A stretch of 64,000 bases of DNA, taken from positions 80,726 through 144,725 of the forward strand of contig JBEIQD010000001.1 in assembly GCA_040376695.1 (NCBI GenBank), written 5' to 3'. Origin of the DNA: Candidatus Nomurabacteria bacterium. Lineage in GTDB: Bacteria > Patescibacteriota > Minisyncoccia > Phycocordibacterales > UBA5272. The notes beneath the pieces were generated by a model. The model worked only from the letters and a program-made list of their open reading frames with translations. It made no database searches and had not been told where the DNA came from. Made by a program: the position numbers and the translations under genes. Below are positions 8,831-17,249 of this stretch, piece by piece. Within the stretch, counting starts at the first letter, position 1. Each line of letters begins with the position of its first letter.

Positions 8831-10342
8831 GTGGGAAGCGCAAATAGATTGGTACACTCAGGGGTAATGATACCTCTAGACCAACTCTCAAAAAGCGGAG
8901 ATAAGCGTACGGGTAATTCTCGTCGAAAGTATGGATATGATAGAAGAGAGTCAGATACTGCTGAAGACCCTCTTCGTGGCCCACGTATTCCTCCGCAAGA
9001 TTTGGAATCTGAAAAAGCACTCCTAGGTTCTCTGCTTCTTTCATCGGATGCGCTTTTTGATATTGCTGACTCTGTAAACTCTCAAAGTTTTTATGCAGCC
9101 AAGCATCAGATTATTTATGAAGTAATCGAAGACCTTGTTAACAGAAAGGAACCAGTTGATATTCTTACTGTATCTGCTGCTCTTCGTGGACGAAAAGAAT
9201 TTGATCAGATTGGTGGAGCTCCGTATCTATCAGAGCTTCTCGGTCTTGTTGGTTCTGCTTCGAATGCTAAATACTATGCTCAAATTGTTCGTAAAAAAGA
9301 ACTCCTTCGAAAGCTTATTGAAGCTACCACTCATATTGGAGAGATAGCGTACGGCGAAACAGATTCTCTTGAATCAATTCTAGAAGAGTCTGAAAAAAGT
9401 ATTTATGAAATTACAACTAAAGGAGGATCATCTGATCGTCTTATTGCGTTTAATGAATTGATTGAAGAGACATGGTCTCGTATTGAGAAGATGTCAGAAA
9501 AGGAAGGTGGCATGCGCGGAACACCGAGCGGGTTTCGTGATCTTGATAATAAATTATCTGGGTTCCAGCCATCTGACCTTATTATTCTCGCTGCGCGACC
9601 TTCTGTTGGAAAGACATCTCTTGCGCTCGACTTCGCACGTAACGCAGCCGTAAAACACAACATCCCTGTTGCTATCTTCTCTCTAGAAATGAGTAAGGAG
9701 CAGCTTGTTGACCGTATGCTCTCAGCCCAGTCTCAGGTGGATAGTTGGAAGCTTCGTACGGCAAAGCTTACGCTGGATGAAGAATTCCAGCGCCTCCAAC
9801 AAGGTATGCATGAACTCATGAAGGCTCCAATCTTTGTGGATGATAAGGCCGCGAATACTATTCTTAACATGAGAAGTACACTTCGTCGTCTAAATAGTGA
9901 CAGACCAATTGGACTTATCATTGTGGACTACCTTCAGCTTATGGGGACATCACGTCAGTATGACAACATGGTTAACCAAGTTACGGAAATCTCTCGCTCA
10001 TTGAAAGCGCTTGCTAAAGAGTTTAACGCTCCAGTGATTGCCCTCTCACAGCTTTCGCGTGCGGTTGAATCTCGTGGTGGAAAGCCTCGCCTCTCTGACC
10101 TTCGAGACTCAGGATCTATTGAACAGGATGCGGATGTGGTTATGTTCATTCACCGTGAAGATAAATATGGAGAGAACACAGAAAGAAAGAACATCGTGGA
10201 AATTCTTATTGAAAAGCATCGAAACGGCCCAACGGGTATGGTTGAACTCTACTTTGATGATAAGAAGACGTCATTCCTTTCTGTGGAGAAGTCAGAATTT
10301 GGCGATTTTACAATCCCAAATATGAATGTACCTGAATTCTAA
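8831..10342 (+). CDS. dnaB: replicative DNA helicase DnaB. The start may be an internal M; there is an N-terminal extension of about 50 aa.
   Basis: PPQDLESEKALLGSLLL (DnaB N-terminal domain), ARPSVGKTSLALDFA (Walker A), IIVDYLQLM and SQLSRAVESR motifs. Confidence 0.9.
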   Translation: MGSANRLVHSGVMIPLDQLSKSGDKRTGNSRRKYGYDRRESDTAEDPLRGPRIPPQDLESEKALLGSLLLSSDALFDIADSVNSQSFYAAKHQIIYEVIEDLVNRKEPVDILTVSAALRGRKEFDQIGGAPYLSELLGLVGSASNAKYYAQIVRKKELLRKLIEATTHIGEIAYGETDSLESILEESEKSIYEITTKGGSSDRLIAFNELIEETWSRIEKMSEKEGGMRGTPSGFRDLDNKLSGFQPSDLIILAARPSVGKTSLALDFARNAAVKHNIPVAIFSLEMSKEQLVDRMLSAQSQVDSWKLRTAKLTLDEEFQRLQQGMHELMKAPIFVDDKAANTILNMRSTLRRLNSDRPIGLIIVDYLQLMGTSRQYDNMVNQVTEISRSLKALAKEFNAPVIALSQLSRAVESRGGKPRLSDLRDSGSIEQDADVVMFIHREDKYGENTERKNIVEILIEKHRNGPTGMVELYFDDKKTSFLSVEKSEFGDFTIPNMNVPEF

Positions 10343-10377
10343 GTGTAAAAACTCCTTCTGATATACTCAACTAATAT

Positions 10378-11004
10378 ATGAATGCAACCGATCGATTAGC
10401 AGAACTTTTTATGCGTTTCCCTGGCATTGGACCAAAACAAGCAAAACGCTTCGTGTATTATCTTCTGCGTGAACACTCTCATTTTAAGGAACAGCTTATC
10501 AAAGCTCTCGAGGAACTTAAGTTCACTGGCAAACAATGTGAAATGTGTTTTAGGTATTTTGGTGACAAGAATCCAAATAGTACTAAGACAATGTGCTCTA
10601 TTTGTGAAGATGAGACGCGCGATCGATCCATTCTTATGGTCCTTGAAAAGGAGCTTGATATGGATGCCATTGAAAAAACTGGTTCCTATACAGGGTTGTA
10701 TTTTATTCTAGGAAACCTTGTACCACCTCTTACTGAAAAACCTTCTGAAATTATTCGTATACGGGAACTCACACTACGAATACATTCCACACTTGAAAAA
10801 AACGAGTTAAAGGAGATTATTTTTGCGCTCCCGGTAACTGATTATGGAGATACCACGAAAGAGTATGTTGAAAAGACAATTAAACAGATTGTGGGTATAG
10901 AAAAAGCAAAGCTATCTAATCTCGCTCGAGGTCTTTCAAGCGGATTAGAACTTGAATACGTTGATAGGAATACCTTTGCTTCTGCGTTTGAACACAGAAA
11001 CTAA
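10378..11004 (+). CDS. recR: recombination protein RecR
   Basis: FPGIGPKQAKRFVYYLL (HhH), C-x2-C...C-x2-C zinc finger (CEMC...CSIC), then a Toprim region. Confidence 0.9.
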   Translation: MNATDRLAELFMRFPGIGPKQAKRFVYYLLREHSHFKEQLIKALEELKFTGKQCEMCFRYFGDKNPNSTKTMCSICEDETRDRSILMVLEKELDMDAIEKTGSYTGLYFILGNLVPPLTEKPSEIIRIRELTLRIHSTLEKNELKEIIFALPVTDYGDTTKEYVEKTIKQIVGIEKAKLSNLARGLSSGLELEYVDRNTFASAFEHRN

Positions 11005-11017
11005 GCTGTGTAGGTAA

Positions 11018-11077
11018 AATAAAAACACGCAACATTGTTTTATCTTGGAGAGCTCCAAAAATGTTGCGCGTTTGAGT
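11018..11077. terminator. long inverted repeat / bidirectional terminator between recR (+) and the 11079..11588 gene (-)
   Basis: aaacacgcaacattgtttt ... ccaaaaatgttgcgcgttt: arms complementary over about 12 bp, with flanking A/T runs. Confidence 0.45.
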
Positions 11078-11078
11078 T

Positions 11079-11588
11079 TTATTTCTCTTTCGGCAACACC
11101 TTTCGCTTACAGTAGCTAATGATTGCCAAACACAGGAGGGATAAACATATCGAAACCATAAGTATCCAAGAGGCTTCCCAGAACCTATTCAAAAGAAGCA
11201 AAGCTTCCTCAGGAGGTCTCATCGTTCCTCTTTTTCTGCCTTCGTAAATAATAGATTCGATGCCAATCGGCATTAGGTACACCACGAAGATTAGCAAGAG
11301 AATATTTAGGGGGATATAAGCTTTGTTCGCTTTCCCTTTCAAAAATTCTTCAGGGTTTGTGGCGAAGGTGCACAAAGACGCGGCTGGGTAGAGGAGTATG
11401 AAGCCTGAGAGCCCGCATACCATAAAAAGTATGCCGTTGGATTCTAAGAAAATGTCTGGCGATTTAGGCTCCATAAAATACAGCACTCCAACTGAGCCAA
11501 ACATCATGATAAGACTTAGTCCACCAAAAAAGGCGCCCGCATGCGCAAGCTTAGGGAGCTTTGGTTCTTTATTAATTACAGCACTCAT
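11079..11588 (-). CDS. hypothetical membrane protein
   Basis: 169-aa ORF with four or more hydrophobic segments. Confidence 0.45.
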   Translation of the reverse strand: MSAVINKEPKLPKLAHAGAFFGGLSLIMMFGSVGVLYFMEPKSPDIFLESNGILFMVCGLSGFILLYPAASLCTFATNPEEFLKGKANKAYIPLNILLLIFVVYLMPIGIESIIYEGRKRGTMRPPEEALLLLNRFWEASWILMVSICLSLLCLAIISYCKRKVLPKEK

Positions 11589-11701
11589 AGTGTACCCCTT
11601 AAAGAGTTTTAATGATGAAAAAGAATATCTAGTGAGATTCTAACACAAGCAAAAACCTTAGCAAATAAACAAAAAACACCCTTTCGGATGTTTTGATTGT
11701 T

Positions 11702-12019
11702 TTAGTTGATTGCGTCAATCTTAAGTGACATGAACGGCTGTCGGTGACCGTTACGCTTGTGGTAACGAGACTTAGCTCGGTAACGTACAACCATAACCTT
11801 ATCAAGCTTGCCTGATTCAGTGATAGTAGCCTTTACTGTAGAGCCTGCCACGTATGGAGCTCCAAGAGTAGTAGTAGCACCATCATCCTTAAGGACAACA
11901 GATTCGATAGTGATTGAATCACCTACCTTGTATTCACCCTTGATCTTCTCAACGGCGATTTCGTCCCCTACAGCAACTTTGTACTGCTTTCCCCCTGTTT
12001 GAATAACTGCGAATGTCAT
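11702..12019 (-). CDS. rplU: 50S ribosomal protein L21
   Basis: MTFAVIQTGGKQYKVAVGDEIAVEKI...: canonical L21 N-terminus. Confidence 0.9.
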   Translation of the reverse strand: MTFAVIQTGGKQYKVAVGDEIAVEKIKGEYKVGDSITIESVVLKDDGATTTLGAPYVAGSTVKATITESGKLDKVMVVRYRAKSRYHKRNGHRQPFMSLKIDAIN

Positions 12020-12077
12020 AGTTGAAGAATTATACCTTATTTGCCAATACTATGCAAGGTCTGGGGTTATATAACTA

Positions 12078-12105
12078 TTGACATAGTATGTATACATTGT
12101 ATAAT
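12078..12105 (+). promoter_or_regulatory. near-consensus sigma70 promoter, TTGACA-16-TATAAT
   Basis: ttgaca 12078-12083, tataat 12100-12105, about 30 nt upstream of the 12136 start. Confidence 0.55.
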
Positions 12106-12135
12106 GAGTAAGTTCTTTAACAATGGAGACTTTAT

Positions 12136-12438
12136 ATGAAATTCTGGCATGCTGTGTTCATTGCATTCATGCTCTGTGTCAGCGCTGTTGTGGCCTGGGA
12201 AAACCTTTCTGGTTACTACCGGCTGATGATGGTGCTGGCCCTGATTTTGTGGGTTCTGTTCGTCTTGGCTGCATTCTTGCTCCAGGTGTTCACGGCCGAA
12301 AGAGCCTATCGTCCATATCCGTTGGGAACCCGTTTTCAACGGAAGATGTTCTGGCGGACGGTGGCTCTCGGCCCCCTCATGTTTCTTTTTTTGGACCCTG
12401 TGTTCAAAGGGAAGCCTCTTATCAAACTGCCAGATTAA
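12136..12438 (+). CDS. small (100 aa) membrane protein encoded by a high-GC islet (hypothetical). Likely horizontally acquired.
   Basis: ORF with 2-3 TM helices. Codons are dominated by ctg/gcc/ggc, unlike neighbours. It is flanked by a consensus promoter and a strong terminator. Overlapping ORFs 12067..12465(-) and 12123..12725(+) look like GC-driven shadows. Confidence 0.5.
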   Translation: MKFWHAVFIAFMLCVSAVVAWENLSGYYRLMMVLALILWVLFVLAAFLLQVFTAERAYRPYPLGTRFQRKMFWRTVALGPLMFLFLDPVFKGKPLIKLPD

Positions 12439-12443
12439 ACCCC

Positions 12444-12476
12444 TGGTACCAAAAACGGCGCACATGTGCGCCGTTT
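12444..12476. terminator. bidirectional intrinsic terminator (aacggcgcac-at-gtgcgccgtt + T9)
   Basis: Perfect 10-bp GC-rich stem with A-tract 5' and T-tract 3'. Serves the 12136 gene (+) and rmuC (-). Confidence 0.7.
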
Positions 12477-12486
12477 TTTTTATTTC

Positions 12487-13542
12487 CTATTCTTCTTCGA
12501 ATGTCGGTTTGTCTAGAAGTGTTGGTTCAATCCCTATCTCCTCTCCCGTTATTCGAAGCACATCTTTATCTAACTTCTTCAGTTCCTTGTACGCTGTATT
12601 GTAATGATTCACACTTGTCCCCAATGTCACTCCAAGCTTTCTCATATAATCCTCATACGCCGCTAAGTGGTTACCAAGCTCTTCAACTCGCTTTTGGATA
12701 TGTTTTGCGCTCTCCTCAATCTTGAACGCCTTAAAGCCAAATAACACAGATTGGAGGTATGCATAGAACGTGGTCGGAGAAACAATAATCACCTTCTTTT
12801 TATTGTAAGCGTATTCAATTAAATTTTGCGTGTTAACCGCTCCCTTTGAAACCTGATTAACAAGAAGATCATAGTAGATACCTTCTGCTGGAATAAACAT
12901 AAAAGCGAACGGAAGCGTTCCTTCTTCTGGTTTAATATACTTAGCTGTTTCATCAATTCGTTTCTGAATATCTTTTTTGAATTCATTTTGATAAAAGGCT
13001 GTGTCTTCCTCATCGATAGCATTCATAAGACGCTGGTAGTTATCAAGAGAATACTTCGCATCTACTGGAATAATCCCTTCTTTTGTATGAATAACCGCAT
13101 CCACCGCTTCACCACTTTTAAAGTAATACTGCATTTCATATTGACCTGGGGCGAGCATGTTGGAAAGGATGAGTTCAAGAGACGCTTCGCCTAAATTTCC
13201 TCGTTGCTTCTGATGGGTAAGTACCTTCTCAAGGTTTTGAAGTTGCTCAGTCATTGAGAATACTTGTTTATTTCCTTCTTTCACCTCTGTAAGCTCTCGG
13301 GTGATGTCGGTAATGAGACGGTTGGCTTCTGCTCCTTGACGATGAAGCACTTGATGAAGGTCTGAAGCTGATCGTTCTAGTTTATTTTCTACCGTGTTAC
13401 GTAAACGTTCTAATTGGTCTTGAAGAATGAGAAATGTCTGATCTTCAGTATCATTGTTCTTTGTAGAACCACGAAGTAAGATAATGACGAGCAGTACAGT
13501 GATAATTGTTCCAAAAATGGCGATAAGAATAGTAGGAGTCAT
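12487..13542 (-). CDS. rmuC: DNA recombination protein RmuC
   Basis: N-terminal TM, long coiled-coil, then QKQRGNLGEASLELILSNMLAPGQYEMQYYF...GIIPVDAKY, the RmuC (DUF195) signature region. Confidence 0.8.
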   Translation of the reverse strand: MTPTILIAIFGTIITVLLVIILLRGSTKNNDTEDQTFLILQDQLERLRNTVENKLERSASDLHQVLHRQGAEANRLITDITRELTEVKEGNKQVFSMTEQLQNLEKVLTHQKQRGNLGEASLELILSNMLAPGQYEMQYYFKSGEAVDAVIHTKEGIIPVDAKYSLDNYQRLMNAIDEEDTAFYQNEFKKDIQKRIDETAKYIKPEEGTLPFAFMFIPAEGIYYDLLVNQVSKGAVNTQNLIEYAYNKKKVIIVSPTTFYAYLQSVLFGFKAFKIEESAKHIQKRVEELGNHLAAYEDYMRKLGVTLGTSVNHYNTAYKELKKLDKDVLRITGEEIGIEPTLLDKPTFEEE

Positions 13543-13612
13543 GTGATTTTAGTATAGCAGAGTCATTTAAATCTGACCTGAGGATGCTTACAACATCATA
13601 TCTTGAGAAACT

Positions 13613-13640
13613 TGACAATATTAACATATATGCTATATTG
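13613..13640 (+). promoter_or_regulatory. sigma70-like promoter, TTGACA-16-TATATT, upstream of the 65%-GC islet
   Basis: ttgaca 13613-13618 and tatatt 13635-13640. Confidence 0.4.
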
Positions 13641-13697
13641 ATGATGTCAAGCAATCGTGCTTGTCACGTGTTCATTTCAACTCAAGGAGAAAAGCCA

Positions 13698-13874
13698 ATG
13701 GCTCGCACTCATTCCCCTCCCCACAAAGGCACTGCCGCATTGAGCACCACTTTTACCTTCAAGCACAACGGCCTGGGCGCTGCACCACCCGATCCCGCCG
13801 GCCGCGCTGTTGACACCAAACGCCGTTCCGCCAAGACCCGTTCCCGCGGCGGCGCCGCCGTGACCATGCACTGA
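13698..13874 (+). CDS. 58-aa Arg/Ala/Pro/Gly-rich basic ORF in an islet of about 65% GC. A protein or a structured RNA; unresolved.
   Basis: AAGGAG RBS 8 nt upstream of ATG. MARTHSPPHKGTAALSTTFTFKHNGLGAAPPDPAGRAVDTKRRSAKTRSRGGAAVTMH. All six frames are open here because of GC, so ORF length alone is weak evidence. Confidence 0.3.
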   Translation: MARTHSPPHKGTAALSTTFTFKHNGLGAAPPDPAGRAVDTKRRSAKTRSRGGAAVTMH

Positions 13875-13977
13875 CCCGGCCAAGGGCTGGCCAGGCAGCG
13901 CAAACACTGCGCTGCCGTGCCTCCCAAAAAACCTGACGACTAGCTCGTCATAACGGTGACAAAGGACTCACCAATAA

Positions 13978-14012
13978 ACCATTCTCCAAAAGAGAGTGGT
14001 TTTTTATTTTTT
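13978..14012 (+). terminator. intrinsic terminator ending the high-GC islet transcript
   Basis: ccattctc-caaaa-gagagtgg followed by tttttatttttt. Confidence 0.45.
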
Positions 14013-14044
14013 CCAATTAAGGACCATGGTATAATACCTTTACT

Positions 14045-14491
14045 ATGCAAGAACAAATTAAAGCAGCAATAAAACCAGCGATGATAGCAAAAGATACGGT
14101 GCGCCTCGGCACACTTCGTATGCTTCTCGCTGCATTTACTAATGAACTCGTGACACAGGGACGTCCACCAACAGACCCTCTTTCTGATGAGGATTGTATG
14201 AAGGTTATTAAGCGTCTCGCTAAGCAGCGAAAGGATTCAATCGAACAGTTCGTTTCAGGTGGACGTGAAGATTTAGCAATTGATGAGAAAGCTGAACTTT
14301 CGATCATTGAGGAACTTCTTCCTGCACAAATGACAGAAGAAGAGGTTGAAACTCGTATTAAAGCAAAGCTTGCAGAGTCTCCACTTGACCCTACAAAGAA
14401 AGGGCAGTTTGTTGGAACAATGATGAAGGAGCTTGGTGATACAGCAGACGGCGCAATGGTAAAAGCTGTTATCGATAGACTAACTGCGTAA
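14045..14491 (+). CDS. GatB/YqeY-domain protein
   Basis: Resembles the YqeY/GatB C-terminal domain family throughout (IKAAIKPAMIAKDTVRLGTLRML..., LSDEDCMKVIKRLAKQRKDSIEQF). Confidence 0.8.
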   Translation: MQEQIKAAIKPAMIAKDTVRLGTLRMLLAAFTNELVTQGRPPTDPLSDEDCMKVIKRLAKQRKDSIEQFVSGGREDLAIDEKAELSIIEELLPAQMTEEEVETRIKAKLAESPLDPTKKGQFVGTMMKELGDTADGAMVKAVIDRLTA

Positions 14492-14503
14492 ACAATACTT
14501 ACC

Positions 14504-14812
14504 ATGGAGATGAGACCAAGAGAGATATCAGAAGAACAGGTACAGCCAACTCTTTTTATTGAAAATATCCCTCCCAAGGCTGAAGATATTACTGAGATAC
14601 ACATGAAAGATTTGGATACTTTTCTTTCTTCAAAACTGGTTCTTAATCCTGATAACACAATATCTGGTTATCGATTTGGACTTCTTTCCATCTTTGCTTC
14701 TTCTCATGGAATTTCAGATGAAGTACTAAAAAAGTATCTTTCATACAGAGGGATTGGTCTCGATTCAAAACTCCCACCAGAGGAATCTTCAAGTAACATA
14801 AAGTTTCACTAG
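14504..14812 (+). CDS. hypothetical protein
   Basis: 102-aa ORF followed by a clean terminator. No motif recognised. Confidence 0.4.
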   Translation: MEMRPREISEEQVQPTLFIENIPPKAEDITEIHMKDLDTFLSSKLVLNPDNTISGYRFGLLSIFASSHGISDEVLKKYLSYRGIGLDSKLPPEESSSNIKFH

Positions 14813-14835
14813 GGATATTTTTGGTAACTATTGAC

Positions 14836-14866
14836 AGTATGCGAATCATATCGCATACTGTTTTTA
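14836..14866 (+). terminator. intrinsic terminator (cagtatgcga-atcata-tcgcatactg + T5)
   Basis: Perfect 10-bp inverted repeat followed by ttttt. Confidence 0.6.
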
Positions 14867-14896
14867 GTTGTTGCAATTAATTAAAAGGAGTTTTCC

Positions 14897-15325
14897 GTGG
14901 AAAATGAACCATTTGATAAAGAAACCCAACGAAAAGCCTACGAATTGATTGATACAGGCCGACAGTTTTACGGTCTGTTCTGGAGAAATCGCACACGCAC
15001 TGCAACACAGCTCGGATATGGGGACTGGGAAAATGTTCCTGAAAAGATCCGCAGATGTGTCAACCAGATTGGTCGCGGCGCCAAGCTTCGCCACGCACAA
15101 GAAAGGAGAGAAATAGCCTGCAATCAAAAGCCTCCCGTTCGAAAAAAGATTGAAGGGTTTGTGCTCAGCAAGGACTCTCTCTCTGATATCTTGGATCGGG
15201 CGCTGTTGGTTCCGAAAAGTGCACGGCCAGATCAAATAAAAATAATTCGTGAATATATCACGAGGCAAGCAGGATTTGACCCCACAAGAATCCTCCTCCA
15301 GATACATTCCTACATGGAACACTGA
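14897..15325 (+). CDS. hypothetical protein (GTG start; higher-GC than surroundings)
   Basis: AAGGAG at 14885-14890, 6 nt before GTG 14897. Terminator agacaccgcggtgtct + T10 immediately after the stop. The opposite-strand ORF 14864..15322 lacks these signals. Confidence 0.5.
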   Translation: MENEPFDKETQRKAYELIDTGRQFYGLFWRNRTRTATQLGYGDWENVPEKIRRCVNQIGRGAKLRHAQERREIACNQKPPVRKKIEGFVLSKDSLSDILDRALLVPKSARPDQIKIIREYITRQAGFDPTRILLQIHSYMEH

Positions 15326-15345
15326 CCACAGTGCTCTATCTAATC

Positions 15346-15376
15346 AAAAAGACACCGCGGTGTCTTTTTTTTATTT
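15346..15376. terminator. bidirectional intrinsic terminator
   Basis: aaaaagacaccgcggtgtcttttttttt. Confidence 0.6.
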
Positions 15377-16041
15377 TAATTATTACACTTCACCTGCATT
15401 CCAACACGCACTGGTTGGTTTGCTGAATTAAATACAAGAGAACATACAGTATTTTGAGGAAGTCGTACAGGTACTGTTGCTTGGAAACGTACCCACCCAG
15501 GAGTAGACCATGCACCTGTATTAATGGCATCCATTGCTGTTATAACTCTTCCTTGTGCATCAAGAACAACTATCGGGAACAGTCCATTTTTGAACATAGT
15601 ATCTCGAGCTTCTCCTACAATGGTTAGTCCGTACGAAATAGTTGAACCTTGATATACAGAGAGATTGCGTAGATATGTAGATCTTTCTGCGTTTGATGTT
15701 TCAGTTGTTCCTCCTGTTTTAATAACCTGCGTTCCTGTTGCTGTGTAGTATACCCAATCAACATTTGAGCCACCGTTTGTAGAAGTATTTTGGTATCCAT
15801 TGAAAGGTTCACCTGGTTTATAGACTGTTCCGTATTCTCCGTTAGTATTTTTGTTTCCTAGTAAACCTCCATAATTTTTAGGAGCTGGAAGCCAATCTCG
15901 TTTAAAAACTTCCATTGAAAAAATCTTTGAAACTTTAAATTCAGGATAGAGTGTGCCTACAAGCCATAGAACTAATGCTAATAGAAGTAACCCTAACGCA
16001 AGTTTGATGACGGCACCTAGTAAATAACGAATAGTATCCAT
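15376..16041 (-). CDS. hypothetical secreted/membrane-anchored protein
   Basis: N-terminal TM/signal anchor, then a Gly/Thr/Asn/Tyr-rich beta-type region. Confidence 0.45.
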   Translation of the reverse strand: MDTIRYLLGAVIKLALGLLLLALVLWLVGTLYPEFKVSKIFSMEVFKRDWLPAPKNYGGLLGNKNTNGEYGTVYKPGEPFNGYQNTSTNGGSNVDWVYYTATGTQVIKTGGTTETSNAERSTYLRNLSVYQGSTISYGLTIVGEARDTMFKNGLFPIVVLDAQGRVITAMDAINTGAWSTPGWVRFQATVPVRLPQNTVCSLVFNSANQPVRVGMQVKCNN

Positions 16042-16053
16042 GGTTATAAAAGG

Positions 16054-16623
16054 TTATTTTTTACCATTACAACTATTCTGATTCCATAGTCCGCGACCAG
16101 AGGTTCTAGCAAGATTCTGTAGTTCACGGAACTCAGATTGATAGGCATACGGCGTTAGATAGGTATATTCATACGCGTATCCCTCAGCGACCATTTTCCG
16201 GTTGAGCATTTGCCCATCTTCTAGATATACATATGCAAGTAATCTGCCATACGTGTCACGCATATTTTGACTATCGTCATATTCAAGTGATACGAGCTCG
16301 CCCTCCGCAAGCTCTTTCATTCTTTCTGAGGCTTCTTTACCGAAACACTGTACTTGGGTTCGAGGGTCTACTGTTTCTGGAGTATTAATACCAATAAGGC
16401 GCACTCGCTCATCTACTCCGTCTATATCAACATGAAGCGTGTCCCCGTCGCTTACTTTTGTGACTTCGTAGTATGTCCCAACAGTATTTGTTACTTGGCT
16501 TGTTTGTACTGTGTTAAGAAACGTCCACCCCATCTCTTGATAGAGGAATGAAAATAAAACGAGAATGATACCTCCTATTCCTAGCTGTATAGCTCGCGGT
16601 GGTGTTGTAGATTTAGCAGACAT
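16054..16623 (-). CDS. thermonuclease (staphylococcal-nuclease-like, SNase) family secreted nuclease
   Basis: KVSDGDTLHVDIDG...RVRLIGINTPE...GKEASERMKE...YGRLLAYVY: catalytic pattern of the SNase fold. Start set at internal M (MSAKS) to avoid a 107-nt overlap with the upstream gene; the start is uncertain. Confidence 0.75.
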   Translation of the reverse strand: MSAKSTTPPRAIQLGIGGIILVLFSFLYQEMGWTFLNTVQTSQVTNTVGTYYEVTKVSDGDTLHVDIDGVDERVRLIGINTPETVDPRTQVQCFGKEASERMKELAEGELVSLEYDDSQNMRDTYGRLLAYVYLEDGQMLNRKMVAEGYAYEYTYLTPYAYQSEFRELQNLARTSGRGLWNQNSCNGKK

Positions 16624-16633
16624 GTGTATGAAA

Positions 16634-17173
16634 TTAACACACGTTAGGTGTTTCAACTTTTTGAGCCAACACGTACGTTGCAATAACAAGAATAATAAGA
16701 CCAATATATCCAATCTCTTGTCCTTGGTACGGCAGAACATTTAACATTGCAGAAAATCCAAAGAATCCTAGGATCACAGAAAGAAGCGCAGTTCCACAGG
16801 CAGCACATCCAATACCTAAGAAGGCGAAAAATAGTCCCATGCCGCTATAGAGTCCACTTTTAACAATAACCTCCCCTCGCAGTCTCATGTAGGTATACGC
16901 AAGAGAAAGGTTGATTCCTCCAAGAAAAGATCCTAAGGTTGCAAGGATAAGTGTTGAAGTGGTAAAAGTGCTTGTTACATCAAAAAGTGTGGCAAGCCCA
17001 AGAGTTATTCTTTTACCAAGTGGTAGTACATCGAATCCATAAATTGCGAGCGCGCTTTTTCCGTTCTGCACAAGGAGTAAAAGTGAAATAAATACAAGTG
17101 TCGAAATAATAATAACAAGTCGACTATCTCTTCTTGTAAAAATAAGAGTAAGACTTGAAGTAAGTTGCTTCAT
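16634..17173 (-). CDS. hypothetical polytopic membrane protein
   Basis: 179 aa with five or more hydrophobic helices. Confidence 0.45.
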   Translation of the reverse strand: MKQLTSSLTLIFTRRDSRLVIIISTLVFISLLLLVQNGKSALAIYGFDVLPLGKRITLGLATLFDVTSTFTTSTLILATLGSFLGGINLSLAYTYMRLRGEVIVKSGLYSGMGLFFAFLGIGCAACGTALLSVILGFFGFSAMLNVLPYQGQEIGYIGLIILVIATYVLAQKVETPNVC

Positions 17174-17249
17174 CTATACAGTATATAGCAGTCATTGAAG
17201 GGTGAATAGTGTATAAAAGAAAAGCGCGATACTTTAGTATCACGCTTTT

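Noticed and set aside
8751-9044. Minus-strand 97-aa ORF
   Set aside because: Overlaps the dnaB 5' end in antisense. No supporting signals.
12067-12725. Overlapping ORFs 12067..12465 (-) and 12123..12725 (+)
   Set aside because: They result from the GC-rich composition. The 12136..12438 frame has TM-helix protein character and sits correctly between a consensus promoter and a terminator. The 200-aa + ORF would read through the terminator and into rmuC antisense.
13584-13927. Alternative ORFs in the 65% GC islet (13584..13874 +, 13677..13907 -, 13709..13927 -)
   Set aside because: All six frames are open in this GC-rich block. Only the 13698 start has an RBS, and even that call is tentative.
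14864-15322. Minus-strand 152-aa ORF overlapping 14897..15325
   Set aside because: The + strand ORF has an AAGGAG RBS and a terminator immediately after its stop. The minus ORF has neither.
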